In this document: in pieces, positions 55,870 through 64,000 of the stretch
Position numbering within the stretch: the stretch's first letter is position 1
Layout: the number at the start of each line of letters is the position of its first letter
Assembly (NCBI GenBank): GCA_017547205.1
Contig: JAFYQH010000057.1
Span: 3,794 to 67,793, forward strand
Length of the DNA stretch: 64,000 nt
Direction of reading: 5' to 3'
DNA from: Bacteroidaceae bacterium
GTDB lineage: Bacteria; Bacteroidota; Bacteroidia; Bacteroidales; Bacteroidaceae
Translations under genes and position numbers: made by a program
The notes under the pieces: model-generated
What the model saw: only the letters and a program-made list of their open reading frames with translations
What the model was told of the DNA's origin: nothing
The model's database searches: none

Positions 55870-56859
55870 TTATGGAATCTTTCTCAATAGCGTGTTGCGC
55901 AACACTACTTCAAGTATCATGGTCAGCAATGCAATGAGTGCGAATATGTGGTATTCCTCGTTGTATGCATTGAACTGCTTGGCATGAAGTATCGTGCGTT
56001 CCAGCTTGTCAATCTCACTGTATACCTCACCAAGGCTTTCCTTGCTTGTTGCGCGGAAATATCGTCCATTGGTTATCTTGGCAATGTTCATCAATGTCGC
56101 CTCGTCAATCTCAACCGGCACGTTTATTATTTCACCTCCGTACGGGAACGGTGCTGTCTCATTGTTCGTGCCGACACCGATGGTGTATATCCTTACGCCG
56201 AATTCCTTGGCAATCTCGGCAGCCGCTTCGGGCGAAATCTCACCGCTGTTGTTCGAACCGTCAGTCAACAGTATTATCACCTTCGACTTGGCCTTGCTTT
56301 CCTTAAGACGTGACACAGCGTTGGCAATACCCATGCCTATGGCAGTTCCGTCCTCAATGACACCGTTCATCGCGATGTCGCACTTGACTGAGTTCAGCAT
56401 GTTGAGCACAACAGCATGGTCTATAGTCAACGGACATTGCGTAAAGCTTTCCCCGGCAAATATGGTGAGTCCTATATTGTCGTTCTTGCGGCTGTTGACA
56501 AAGTTGGCCGCAACCTCCTTGGCCGCTTCTATGCGGTTCGGGCGCAGGTCCATGGCAAGCATACTTGTCGAAACGTCAGTTGCCAGCATGATGTCTATAC
56601 CCTCAATGCTGCTTTCCTCCCAGTTGTCGGTCGATTGCGGACGTGCAAGGACAATGATGACCATAGACAATGTAATCACTCTCAGAATAAACGGCGCATG
56701 CACTATTCTGTTCCTGAAACTTCTTGTCTCCTTTGTAAACGGCAATGTTGATGAAACCTTCATCGAAGGCTCCATCTTTCTCCCTTTCAGTACAAACCAC
56801 ACTACATACGCGATGAGCGGGATAAAGAGCAGAAGACTTATAACGTTAGCGAATATCAT
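55870..56859 (-). CDS. batA: BatA-like von Willebrand factor A domain membrane protein
   Basis: Contains IDIMLATDVSTSM (MIDAS), ...VIILLTDGSNN, and a C-terminal TM helix. Confidence 0.85.
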   Translation of the reverse strand: MIFANVISLLLFIPLIAYVVWFVLKGRKMEPSMKVSSTLPFTKETRSFRNRIVHAPFILRVITLSMVIIVLARPQSTDNWEESSIEGIDIMLATDVSTSMLAMDLRPNRIEAAKEVAANFVNSRKNDNIGLTIFAGESFTQCPLTIDHAVVLNMLNSVKCDIAMNGVIEDGTAIGMGIANAVSRLKESKAKSKVIILLTDGSNNSGEISPEAAAEIAKEFGVRIYTIGVGTNNETAPFPYGGEIINVPVEIDEATLMNIAKITNGRYFRATSKESLGEVYSEIDKLERTILHAKQFNAYNEEYHIFALIALLTMILEVVLRNTLLRKIP

Positions 56860-56871
56860 CTTGTTTATCGG

Positions 56872-57948
56872 TTAACTGAAGAGGTTATACATATCAATTG
56901 CCAAAAGCGCCGCAATGACTACAAGTACACATGCGATTACCGATATGGAGACAATCAGCATGCGCTTCTCGAAGAGTGAACGCTGGTTAACGATTCTCTT
57001 CTCGGTAGGCTGCTGCACCTTCTCTTCCTCGATGTTCTTTGTTTCGTTCACGAACTCTATGGCATTCGCCATGTTGCGGTCGTTCTCGTTGATTGACGGA
57101 TGCAGCTTGGCAAACTTCACGAGGTCGGCAACTTGAAGTATCTCCTTGAGGTCCTTGATACTTTCCTTGTCCTGTATCTTCAGAAGATGCCCGACAATTT
57201 CGGATGTTGTCATCTCGGTGGCATTGAACCCGTATCTGTCACGCATGTATTCGCGCAGTGTATCGGTGAGCTGTGTATAATACTCCTTGGTATTCCCCTC
57301 GAGCCTCAATGACTTGTCACCCTTTATCTCCTCTATCCTGTTCAAAGCCGTGATGTGGGACGGGAGTTTCGGCTTTATCTTGATGATTCTTATGATGGGC
57401 TTATTCTTTACCAATCTTGTCACAACCCAGGCAAGGACAGCACCAAGAATAGCCAGAATCACTCCGAGGTATACCGAGTCGCGGTACTCCTCCCATGTGA
57501 GTTCCACATCCTGTATTGCCTTCGGGCCGCATATGTTCTGCAGGTTCGCCGTATCGATGGGCACTGAATATACGGCCAATGCGAGAGGGTTGGAACGGAA
57601 TGCACTGTCATTGACAAGCACCTCAAATGGGGGTATCGAGTACAATGTGCTGTCGAATGTGGTGATAAGGTACTCGTTGGTATATACCTCTCTCTTGCCT
57701 TCGTTTATGCTCCTGACATCGGCTTTAGTGTCAAGGACCTCCAATCCGTTGACGCTGCCTGTCTTGAACTCGGGCATCTTCACCCTGTTCCCGGCATCGA
57801 CACTCAGTTCAAGCCTTATTGTAGTCTGTTCGCCGATAAGCATCTGGAATGTGTCAATCTCGGCATTCAGGACAACATTCTGTGCATGTGCCCCTGTAAA
57901 GCACATGACAAGCAGGGCAGATATTATATATATATATCCTTTTTTCAT
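56872..57948 (-). CDS. Membrane protein of the Bat operon (BatD-N-like / DUF4381-like)
   Basis: Has a signal peptide, a beta-rich N-terminal domain, a central TM helix (VYLGVILAILGAVLAWVV) and a C-terminal TM helix. Confidence 0.6.
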   Translation of the reverse strand: MKKGYIYIISALLVMCFTGAHAQNVVLNAEIDTFQMLIGEQTTIRLELSVDAGNRVKMPEFKTGSVNGLEVLDTKADVRSINEGKREVYTNEYLITTFDSTLYSIPPFEVLVNDSAFRSNPLALAVYSVPIDTANLQNICGPKAIQDVELTWEEYRDSVYLGVILAILGAVLAWVVTRLVKNKPIIRIIKIKPKLPSHITALNRIEEIKGDKSLRLEGNTKEYYTQLTDTLREYMRDRYGFNATEMTTSEIVGHLLKIQDKESIKDLKEILQVADLVKFAKLHPSINENDRNMANAIEFVNETKNIEEEKVQQPTEKRIVNQRSLFEKRMLIVSISVIACVLVVIAALLAIDMYNLFS

Positions 57949-57979
57949 TATATACTTTTAATGTTGGGATTGTATTGCG

Positions 57980-58849
57980 TCAACTGCGTTGTGCAAAGAG
58001 ATTGAGCAGAGCCTTTACATAATCCTGGTCCGTGCGCACCGAGACTGAATCGACGCGGCTCTTCTTCAGTGTCGTGTCGAGCTTCTCGCAATGGTTTCTC
58101 CACCATCTGAGCTGTGCCTCCTGCACCTTTGACGATGAGGTGTCGACATACATCTCCTCACCGTTCTCGGCATCAAGCATCTTCACAAGGCCAATCCGTG
58201 GCAGTTCGGCCAGACGGCGGTCATACACCTGTATTGCCACAAGGTCGTGCTTGCGGTTGGCGATGGTCATGGCATTCCTATAGTCGTTGCTGTCGACAAA
58301 GTCGCTCAGCAGGAACGCCGTGCAGCGTTTCTTGATTGCATTGGTGAGGAATTCAAGAGGAACGCGTATGTCGGTTTTCTTGCTCCCGGGCTCAAAGTTT
58401 ATGAGCTCCCTTATTATATAAAGGATATGCTTTCTTCCCTTCTGTGGCGGAATGAACTTCTCAACCCTGTCGGTAAAGAATATCACACCAATCTTGTCAT
58501 TGTTCTGGATTGCGGCAAAGGCTATCGTTGCAGCTATCTCGGTCACCATGTCGCGCTTTGTCTGCTTTATGGTACCGAAGTCAAGGCTGTCCGACAGGTC
58601 AACAATAAGCATCACTGTCAATTCGCGCTCCTCCTCAAAAACTTTCACGAAAGGCTTGTTGAAACGTGCCGTCACGTTCCAGTCAATGTCGCGCACATCA
58701 TCGCCATACTGGTACTCGCGTACCTCGCTGAACGACATACCACGTCCTTTGAAGGCCGAGTGGTACTGTCCCGCAAAGATATTGTGGGACAGACCGCGCG
58801 TCTTTATCTCAATCTTGCGAACTTTTTTAATGAGCTCCGTTGTCTCCAT
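57980..58849 (-). CDS. DUF58 (VWA-like) protein
   Basis: Contains ...GQYHSAFKGRGMSFSEVREYQYGDDVRDIDWNVTAR...LIVDLSDS, the canonical MoxR partner. Confidence 0.88.
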   Translation of the reverse strand: METTELIKKVRKIEIKTRGLSHNIFAGQYHSAFKGRGMSFSEVREYQYGDDVRDIDWNVTARFNKPFVKVFEEERELTVMLIVDLSDSLDFGTIKQTKRDMVTEIAATIAFAAIQNNDKIGVIFFTDRVEKFIPPQKGRKHILYIIRELINFEPGSKKTDIRVPLEFLTNAIKKRCTAFLLSDFVDSNDYRNAMTIANRKHDLVAIQVYDRRLAELPRIGLVKMLDAENGEEMYVDTSSSKVQEAQLRWWRNHCEKLDTTLKKSRVDSVSVRTDQDYVKALLNLFAQRS

Positions 58850-58858
58850 AACGAATCA

Positions 58859-59854
58859 TTAAGGCACCTCTACCCTGTTCAGAATCTGGCTTACAATCTC
58901 ATCGGCACTCATGTTGCTTGCCTCGGCCTCGTAGCTCAGGCCTATGCGGTGACGCAGTACGTCATGTGCAACGGCACGCACGTCCTCGGGAACAACATAT
59001 CCTCTGCGCTTGATGAATGCATATGCGCGGGCTGCAAGTGCCAGGTTTATTGATGCACGTGGCGATGCACCGAACGAAATCATCTCCTTCATCTCCTTCA
59101 TGCCGTACTTGTCGGGGAAACGTGTAGCGAATACAATGTCGGCAATATACTGCTCTATCTTCTCGTCGATATATACCTGACGTACTACCTTGCGTGCCTC
59201 GATTATCTCCTCGGGCTTCAGAACAGGCTTCACCTCAATCTTCTCGCCTGTAATATTCTGGCGTATAATTCTCTTTTCCTCCTGCAGCTCGGGGTAGCCA
59301 ATGATTACCTTTAGCATGAAACGGTCTACCTGTGCTTCGGGCAACGGATATGTTCCCTCCTGTTCAATAGGGTTCTGTGTTGCGAGTACGAGGAATGGCT
59401 GCGGCATTCTGAATGTCTCCTTGCCTATGGTTACCTGACGCTCCTGCATGGCCTCGAGCAATGCGCTCTGTACCTTTGCCGGAGCACGGTTAATCTCATC
59501 GGCAAGAACGAAGTTCGCGAATACGGGACCGCGCTTTACCTTGAACTCCTCGCTCTTCTGGCTGTATACCATTGTACCCACAACGTCGGCAGGCAAGAGA
59601 TCCGGAGTGAACTGTATGCGGCTGAAGTCGGCATCGATAAGTTCCGACAATGTCTTTATAGCCAAAGTCTTCGCCAATCCCGGAAGACCCTCGAGCAGTA
59701 TGTGTCCGTCGGCCAACAGGCCAATGAGCAGCGATTCAACCAAATGTTTCTGTCCAACGATAACCTGGTCCATACCAGCCTGCAGGTTGGTCACGAAACC
59801 GCTCTGCTTCTCAATCATCTCATTCAATTCCCGAATGTCAATAGTTGCACTCAT
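58859..59854 (-). CDS. MoxR-family AAA+ ATPase
   Basis: Contains HILLEGLPGLAKT (Walker A), LADEINRA (Walker B) and ...VLATQNPIEQEGTYPLPEAQVDRF. Confidence 0.93.
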   Translation of the reverse strand: MSATIDIRELNEMIEKQSGFVTNLQAGMDQVIVGQKHLVESLLIGLLADGHILLEGLPGLAKTLAIKTLSELIDADFSRIQFTPDLLPADVVGTMVYSQKSEEFKVKRGPVFANFVLADEINRAPAKVQSALLEAMQERQVTIGKETFRMPQPFLVLATQNPIEQEGTYPLPEAQVDRFMLKVIIGYPELQEEKRIIRQNITGEKIEVKPVLKPEEIIEARKVVRQVYIDEKIEQYIADIVFATRFPDKYGMKEMKEMISFGASPRASINLALAARAYAFIKRRGYVVPEDVRAVAHDVLRHRIGLSYEAEASNMSADEIVSQILNRVEVP

Positions 59855-59983
59855 AATTATATATCTGTATCTTTTTGTTTTTGTCGGGTCTAAAATTACA
59901 TCTTTTGGAACTCCTCTCGTGTTAATAATCCCAAAAGAGGTTTAACCTATGTTTTATTTAAACTACTTTAACTCAGAGTTGTC

Positions 59984-61381
59984 TCAATTCCTTGCCTTGA
60001 GCTTGGGAATAGCAAGTTCCATACCTTTGCAAAGCCCGTTCGGGTCCGCCAGCCTGTTGTGTTTCACTATGTAGGGCCACAATTTCTTGTCACCGTAATA
60101 CTTCATCGCAATGCGTGTAAGTCGGTCGCCGTCTGTAACCTTATGTACCGTAATGTCACCATCAGCTACATACAATGTAGTGTCGGCCATGCTTATGCTC
60201 TTGATGCTCTTTGAAGCGAGTTCCTCACACAGTACAAAGCGGTATTCCTCCTCGGGTTGGGGAACTATATCGGCAACAGCCGGCACAGTGTCGTTGCCAA
60301 TTGCAGGAATGCTGTCATTTACAGCCGGAACAATTTCAGCAACAGGTTCTGCAACCTGTTCAGTAACAGAAGCTGTTTTCTTTGTCTCAACCCTTACAGG
60401 TTCACTCTCCTTCTTGCCGTCAAGCATCAGGATAGATGCACCACCGGCAAGTACAACAAGCATGAGCACTGCGTATATCCATGCCGTAGAGCCTTTCTTT
60501 TTCTTTGGCGTTTCGCTTGTTGGGGCAGATTCTGCCTGTATTGCGGCTTCCTGCTTGTCCTGTGCAATATTTCCCATATTAGCTTGTGCTCCTGTGTTTT
60601 CGGGTTCTATAGCAATAGCTTCTTCGGCAGGCCCAGGTGCTATTTCTTTCTCAATCTTTACATAAGCACTCTCCTCCGTCTCCACGGCAGCAGTCTCCTC
60701 GGCTACTGGTTCCGGTTGTTTTTCCTCTTCAGTAGTATGTACAACGGTAACGGGAGCAGGCTCCTCTTCCAAAGGCTGTTCCTCTTCTACTATACCTGTA
60801 GCCGCATGTTCTGCAACTGCAGGTTCATCAGCCGGAATCTCCTCCTCATCGGGAAGCACGAAATCGGGCTCTGTCTCTATTGTTGCAGCAATTTCCTCTG
60901 CTTCTGCCTCTTCTTCTGGTACGACGTTCCCTGATGGCTCTTCTGTAACCTCGGGCTCTACAGAAGAGATGCTTGCGGCAGTTTCCGCGACTGTTGCAGC
61001 ATCCTCCTCTGCATCGGCATCTGTTTCTGGTATTTCAGTTTCCTCTTCTTCCTTGTATGTCTCGTCAACCTCTACAGGCTCGAACATGGCGAACGGCTGG
61101 TTCACATCGTCCTTCAACGTGTCTGCAGGGGTGAACGTGAGTTTCCTGTGCCCTTTTATCTCGAACTTTTCACCGGTGTTCACGTTTACACTGCTGCGGC
61201 TTGCCACTTCGGCAACCTTGAATGTACCCAGTCCGTTTATCTTTACAAGGCCATCCTTCTCAAGACCCTCGATAATGATGTCGAACATCGCCTTTGTAAA
61301 CAGTTCAGCCTTTGCTCCGGAGATATCTGCCGCCTTTGCGAGCAGTGCGCTCAAATCGGAATGATTAAGTTTTGCATCCAT
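59984..61381 (-). CDS. HU-like DNA-binding domain / acidic disordered linker / TM helix / LysM domain fusion protein
   Basis: The N-terminus is LSALLAKAADISGAKAELFTKAMFDIIIEGLEKDGLVKINGLGTFKV...GEKFEIKGHRKLTFTP (HU fold). About 200 aa of E/A/P/T-rich sequence follow. The TM helix is TAWIYAVLMLVVLAGGASILML. The C-terminus is HKVTDGDRLTRIAMKYYGDKKLWPYIVKHNRLADPNGLCKGMELAIP (LysM). Confidence 0.75.
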   Translation of the reverse strand: MDAKLNHSDLSALLAKAADISGAKAELFTKAMFDIIIEGLEKDGLVKINGLGTFKVAEVASRSSVNVNTGEKFEIKGHRKLTFTPADTLKDDVNQPFAMFEPVEVDETYKEEEETEIPETDADAEEDAATVAETAASISSVEPEVTEEPSGNVVPEEEAEAEEIAATIETEPDFVLPDEEEIPADEPAVAEHAATGIVEEEQPLEEEPAPVTVVHTTEEEKQPEPVAEETAAVETEESAYVKIEKEIAPGPAEEAIAIEPENTGAQANMGNIAQDKQEAAIQAESAPTSETPKKKKGSTAWIYAVLMLVVLAGGASILMLDGKKESEPVRVETKKTASVTEQVAEPVAEIVPAVNDSIPAIGNDTVPAVADIVPQPEEEYRFVLCEELASKSIKSISMADTTLYVADGDITVHKVTDGDRLTRIAMKYYGDKKLWPYIVKHNRLADPNGLCKGMELAIPKLKARN

Positions 61382-61397
61382 GACCTTACCCCCTTTC

Positions 61398-61670
61398 TTA
61401 CTTGAATTTATCCTTCAGCTTGTTGCTCGGGCGGAATGCCGGAACAATCTTCGGCGGAACCAGGAAACGTTGTCCTGTCTTAGGGTTTACCGACAGTCTC
61501 TCCTTTCGCATCTTTACCTCGAGTACTCCGAAACCGGAAATATTGAGCTGGTCGTTCTCCTTAAGACGCTCAGTAACCACCCCAACGAACATCTCCACGT
61601 TCGCTGCAGCTTCGGCCGGTGTAATGCCGCATTTCCTGGCCAGTTTAGCGATAAATTCCTTGTTGTTCAT
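61398..61670 (-). CDS. HU/IHF-family DNA-binding protein
   Basis: 90 aa. Contains MNNKEFIAKLARKCGITPAEAAANVEMFVGVVTERLKENDQLNISGFGVLEVKMRKERLSVNPKTGQRFLVPPKIVPAFRPS. Confidence 0.92.
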   Translation of the reverse strand: MNNKEFIAKLARKCGITPAEAAANVEMFVGVVTERLKENDQLNISGFGVLEVKMRKERLSVNPKTGQRFLVPPKIVPAFRPSNKLKDKFK

Positions 61671-61701
61671 CTTGTCTCAGTTTTATTCCCGGTTCCCGGG
61701 A

Positions 61702-63003
61702 TTATTCTTCTACAACTCCCATAAGGTCAAACTCCGTAGCATCGGTGATGCGTACATTGTAGAACCTGCCGATCTCGAGTTTTCCATTCTTTACAGGTAC
61801 CAGAACCTCCATATCCACCTCGGGTGAATCGAACTCGGTGCGTCCTATGTAATAGTCGCCCTCGACCCTGTCGATTATGCTCCTGTATGCCTTGCCGACT
61901 CTGGCTTCGTTGAGCTTTGTCGATATTCGCTGCTGAATCTCCATCAGGCGGTCAAGGCGTTCCTGCTTCTTCTTTTTTGAAATGCTGTCCCTGTAGTTCT
62001 CCGCAGCGTATGTTCCGTCCTCCTCGCAGTATGCGAATGCACCCATGCGGTCGAACTTCGCCCACTTTACGAATTCCACAAGTTCCTCGAACTCCTTATC
62101 GGTCTCGCCAGGGAAACCCACCATCATCGTAGTACGCAGGCATATTCCCGGCACCTCGTTGCGCATCCTTTCGACAAGGGCATATGTATCTTCCTTGGTA
62201 ACATGACGGAGCATCTTCTTTAGTATCTTCGTGCTCACGTGCTGCAGTGCGATGTCAAGGTACTTGCATACGTTCTTTCTCTCGCGCATCACGCGCAACA
62301 GGTCATAAGGGAAGTTCGACGGGTAGGCATAGTGTAGTCTTATCCACTCTACCCCTTCGATATCCGAAATCTTCCCTACCAGTTCGGCTATGCTCTGCTT
62401 CTTGTAAATGTCAACTCCGTAGAATGTAAGTTCCTGGGCAATTATCTGGAACTCCTTCACACCCTGCGATACAAGATAGCGCACCTCGTCGAGTATCTCC
62501 TCAATCGGGCGCGACTTGTGTGCACCCGTTATAATTGGGATTGCACAATATGCGCAACGGCGGTTGCATCCTTCCGAAATCTTCAGGTAGGCATAATGTC
62601 CCGGGGTCGTCAGTACCCTTTCCTGTGCGATATCCTCACGATATTCGTGCTTCAGGTCATTAACCAGTTCGGTCCAGTTGAACTTGCCATAGAACTTGTC
62701 GACCTGTGTTATCTCCTCGCTCAGTTCGTTGAGATAGCGCTCCGAGAGGCATCCCATGACATACAGTCTGTTGAGGTCGCCCTGCTCCTTGCGCTGGCAG
62801 AACTCGAGAATCATGTTTATCGATTCCTGCTTCGCATCACCGATGAAACCGCAGGTGTTTATCACTGCGATTTCTCCGCATGGCTCCTCGCTATCGTGTA
62901 CAACCTCGTAGCCGCACTCCTGGAGCTGACGCATCAGATGCTCCGAATCTACAAGATTCTTGGAACATCCCATTGTTATTATGTCAACGCGGTTCTTCTT
63001 CAT
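61702..63003 (-). CDS. rimO: Ribosomal protein S12 methylthiotransferase (radical SAM)
   Basis: Contains VDIITMGCSKNLVDSE, ...ISEGCNRRCAYCAIP (CxxxCxxC), and a C-terminal TRAM domain. Confidence 0.9.
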   Translation of the reverse strand: MKKNRVDIITMGCSKNLVDSEHLMRQLQECGYEVVHDSEEPCGEIAVINTCGFIGDAKQESINMILEFCQRKEQGDLNRLYVMGCLSERYLNELSEEITQVDKFYGKFNWTELVNDLKHEYREDIAQERVLTTPGHYAYLKISEGCNRRCAYCAIPIITGAHKSRPIEEILDEVRYLVSQGVKEFQIIAQELTFYGVDIYKKQSIAELVGKISDIEGVEWIRLHYAYPSNFPYDLLRVMRERKNVCKYLDIALQHVSTKILKKMLRHVTKEDTYALVERMRNEVPGICLRTTMMVGFPGETDKEFEELVEFVKWAKFDRMGAFAYCEEDGTYAAENYRDSISKKKKQERLDRLMEIQQRISTKLNEARVGKAYRSIIDRVEGDYYIGRTEFDSPEVDMEVLVPVKNGKLEIGRFYNVRITDATEFDLMGVVEE

Positions 63004-63006
63004 CGT

Positions 63007-63960
63007 TTATCCAAAGAGTGAATCTACAAACTCCTCGCGGTTGAATATCTGCAGGTGGTCAATACCCTCGCCCAGTCCGATGTACTTCACAGGAATCTTG
63101 AACTGGTCGCTGATGCCTATCACTACACCGCCCTTTGCTGTACCGTCGAGCTTTGTTATCGCAAGAGATGTCACCTCGGTAGCCTTGGTGAACTGCTTTG
63201 CCTGCTCGAATGCATTCTGTCCTGTAGAGCCGTCAAGTACAAGCATCACATCGTTGGGCGCAGTAGGTACAACCTTCTTCATCACGTTCTTTATCTTTGT
63301 AAGCTCGTTCATCAGGCCCACCTTGTTGTGCAGACGGCCGGCAGTGTCTATGATTACTATATCGGCATTATTTGCTACGGCCGACGACAAAGTGTCGAAT
63401 GCCACTGATGCAGGGTCCGAACCCATCCCCTGTTTTATTACCGGCACGTCGGCACGGTGTCCCCACTCCACGAGCTGTTCCACAGCCGCAGCGCGGAATG
63501 TATCGGCTGCACCCAGGTAAACCTTCTTTCCCGCCTTCTTGAACTGAGCTGCGAGCTTGCCTATCGTTGTTGTCTTTCCTACGCCGTTCACGCCTACAAC
63601 CATTATCACGTATGGTTGTCCCGGTGTTGTGGGTATGTCGAACGAGTCACCGTCCTTAGTGTTGTTCTCCATGAGCAGCTGTGCTATCTCATCCTTCAGC
63701 AACTTGTTCAGTTCCTTTGTGTTCATGAACTTGTCGCGTGCCGCGCGTTTCTGCACACGGTCAATTATCTTTAGCGTTGTCTCCACGCCTACATCCGATG
63801 TCACAAGCACCTCCTCGAGGTTGTCGAGTACCTCGTCGTCAATCTCGCTCTTGCCTGCAATGGCGCGCGCAATCTTTCCGAACACGCTCTCCTTTGTCTT
63901 TGATAGGCCCTGGTCCAGGACCTCCTTCTTCTCTCTGCTGAAAAAACTGAATATTCCCAT
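63007..63960 (-). CDS. ftsY: Signal recognition particle receptor
   Basis: Contains ...VIMVVGVNGVGKTTTIGKLA, ...DTAGRL, ...TKLDGTAKGG (SRP GTPase G1-G4 motifs). Confidence 0.95.
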   Translation of the reverse strand: MGIFSFFSREKKEVLDQGLSKTKESVFGKIARAIAGKSEIDDEVLDNLEEVLVTSDVGVETTLKIIDRVQKRAARDKFMNTKELNKLLKDEIAQLLMENNTKDGDSFDIPTTPGQPYVIMVVGVNGVGKTTTIGKLAAQFKKAGKKVYLGAADTFRAAAVEQLVEWGHRADVPVIKQGMGSDPASVAFDTLSSAVANNADIVIIDTAGRLHNKVGLMNELTKIKNVMKKVVPTAPNDVMLVLDGSTGQNAFEQAKQFTKATEVTSLAITKLDGTAKGGVVIGISDQFKIPVKYIGLGEGIDHLQIFNREEFVDSLFG

Positions 63961-64000
63961 ATTCCCGATGTTTTAGTTTTTCTGTTGTTTGAATGTTTAG

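Noticed and set aside
51326-59854. Treating the MoxR-DUF58-VWA-TPR gene cluster as a novel system.
   Set aside because: The gene order and domains match the well-known Bacteroides aerotolerance (Bat) operon. It is reported as features only, and the poly-Q tract is noted separately.
55994-63520. Multiple long plus-strand ORFs: 55994-56875, 57287-57961, 58247-59053, 59448-59945, 60257-60934, 62518-63021 and 62960-63520.
   Set aside because: All are antisense shadows of confidently identified minus-strand genes (batA, a Bat membrane protein, DUF58, MoxR, HU-LysM, rimO, ftsY). Their translations are low-complexity Ser/Leu/Cys-rich.
1-64000. A search by eye for tRNA, rRNA, tmRNA, RNase P and riboswitch-like elements in all intergenic regions longer than 100 bp.
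   Set aside because: I found no T-loop (GGTTCGAATCC-like) or anticodon-arm patterns, and no rRNA-like conserved blocks. Small structured RNAs cannot be excluded without covariance-model scans.

Overview
This is a 64-kb chromosomal segment with the hallmarks of a Bacteroidales (Bacteroidota) genome. Those hallmarks are a T9SS-type C-terminal sorting tail, a complete MoxR-DUF58-BatABCDE aerotolerance operon, an ECF sigma/DUF4252 module, TAnnTTTG-like -7 promoter boxes, and an S16 protein with an Ala/Glu-rich tail. The window holds about 55 densely packed protein genes, mostly housekeeping: gyrA, pyrK-pyrD, trmD, galE, rpsP, rimO, ftsY, glsA-gadB, ogt, and M16 and M6 peptidases. By eye I found no rRNA, tRNA, CRISPR array, integrase or transposase. 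The stand-out region is 24.35-35.6 kb. It is a same-strand, tightly spaced cassette (gaps of 5-41 nt) with these parts: a 3-TM protein with an Arg-rich tail; a 1028-aa tubulin/FtsZ-superfamily GTPase carrying coiled-coil, Pro-rich and GYF_2-like C-terminal modules; a Zn-ribbon/PPPP/TM/MORN-like protein; five consecutive signal-peptide proteins with no recognisable family; and, after a strong hairpin, a PEGA + DUF1566-like protein. I consider this a candidate uncharacterised cytoskeleton-to-envelope system. Secondary observations include ~165-bp inverted repeats bracketing a 3.9-kb five-gene segment (41.1-45.4 kb), a 76-bp tandem repeat plus a gene-fragment scar at 35.6-35.9 kb, a MITE-like element at 39.0 kb, and a 1.1-kb AT-rich non-coding stretch with a perfect palindrome upstream of an XRE-type regulator. 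There is also an expanded ECF-sigma/DUF4252 operon, a glsA-gadB pair lacking an adjacent canonical antiporter, and an HU-IDR-TM-LysM fusion protein. All functional calls rest on motif and family recognition by eye, because no database search could be run.
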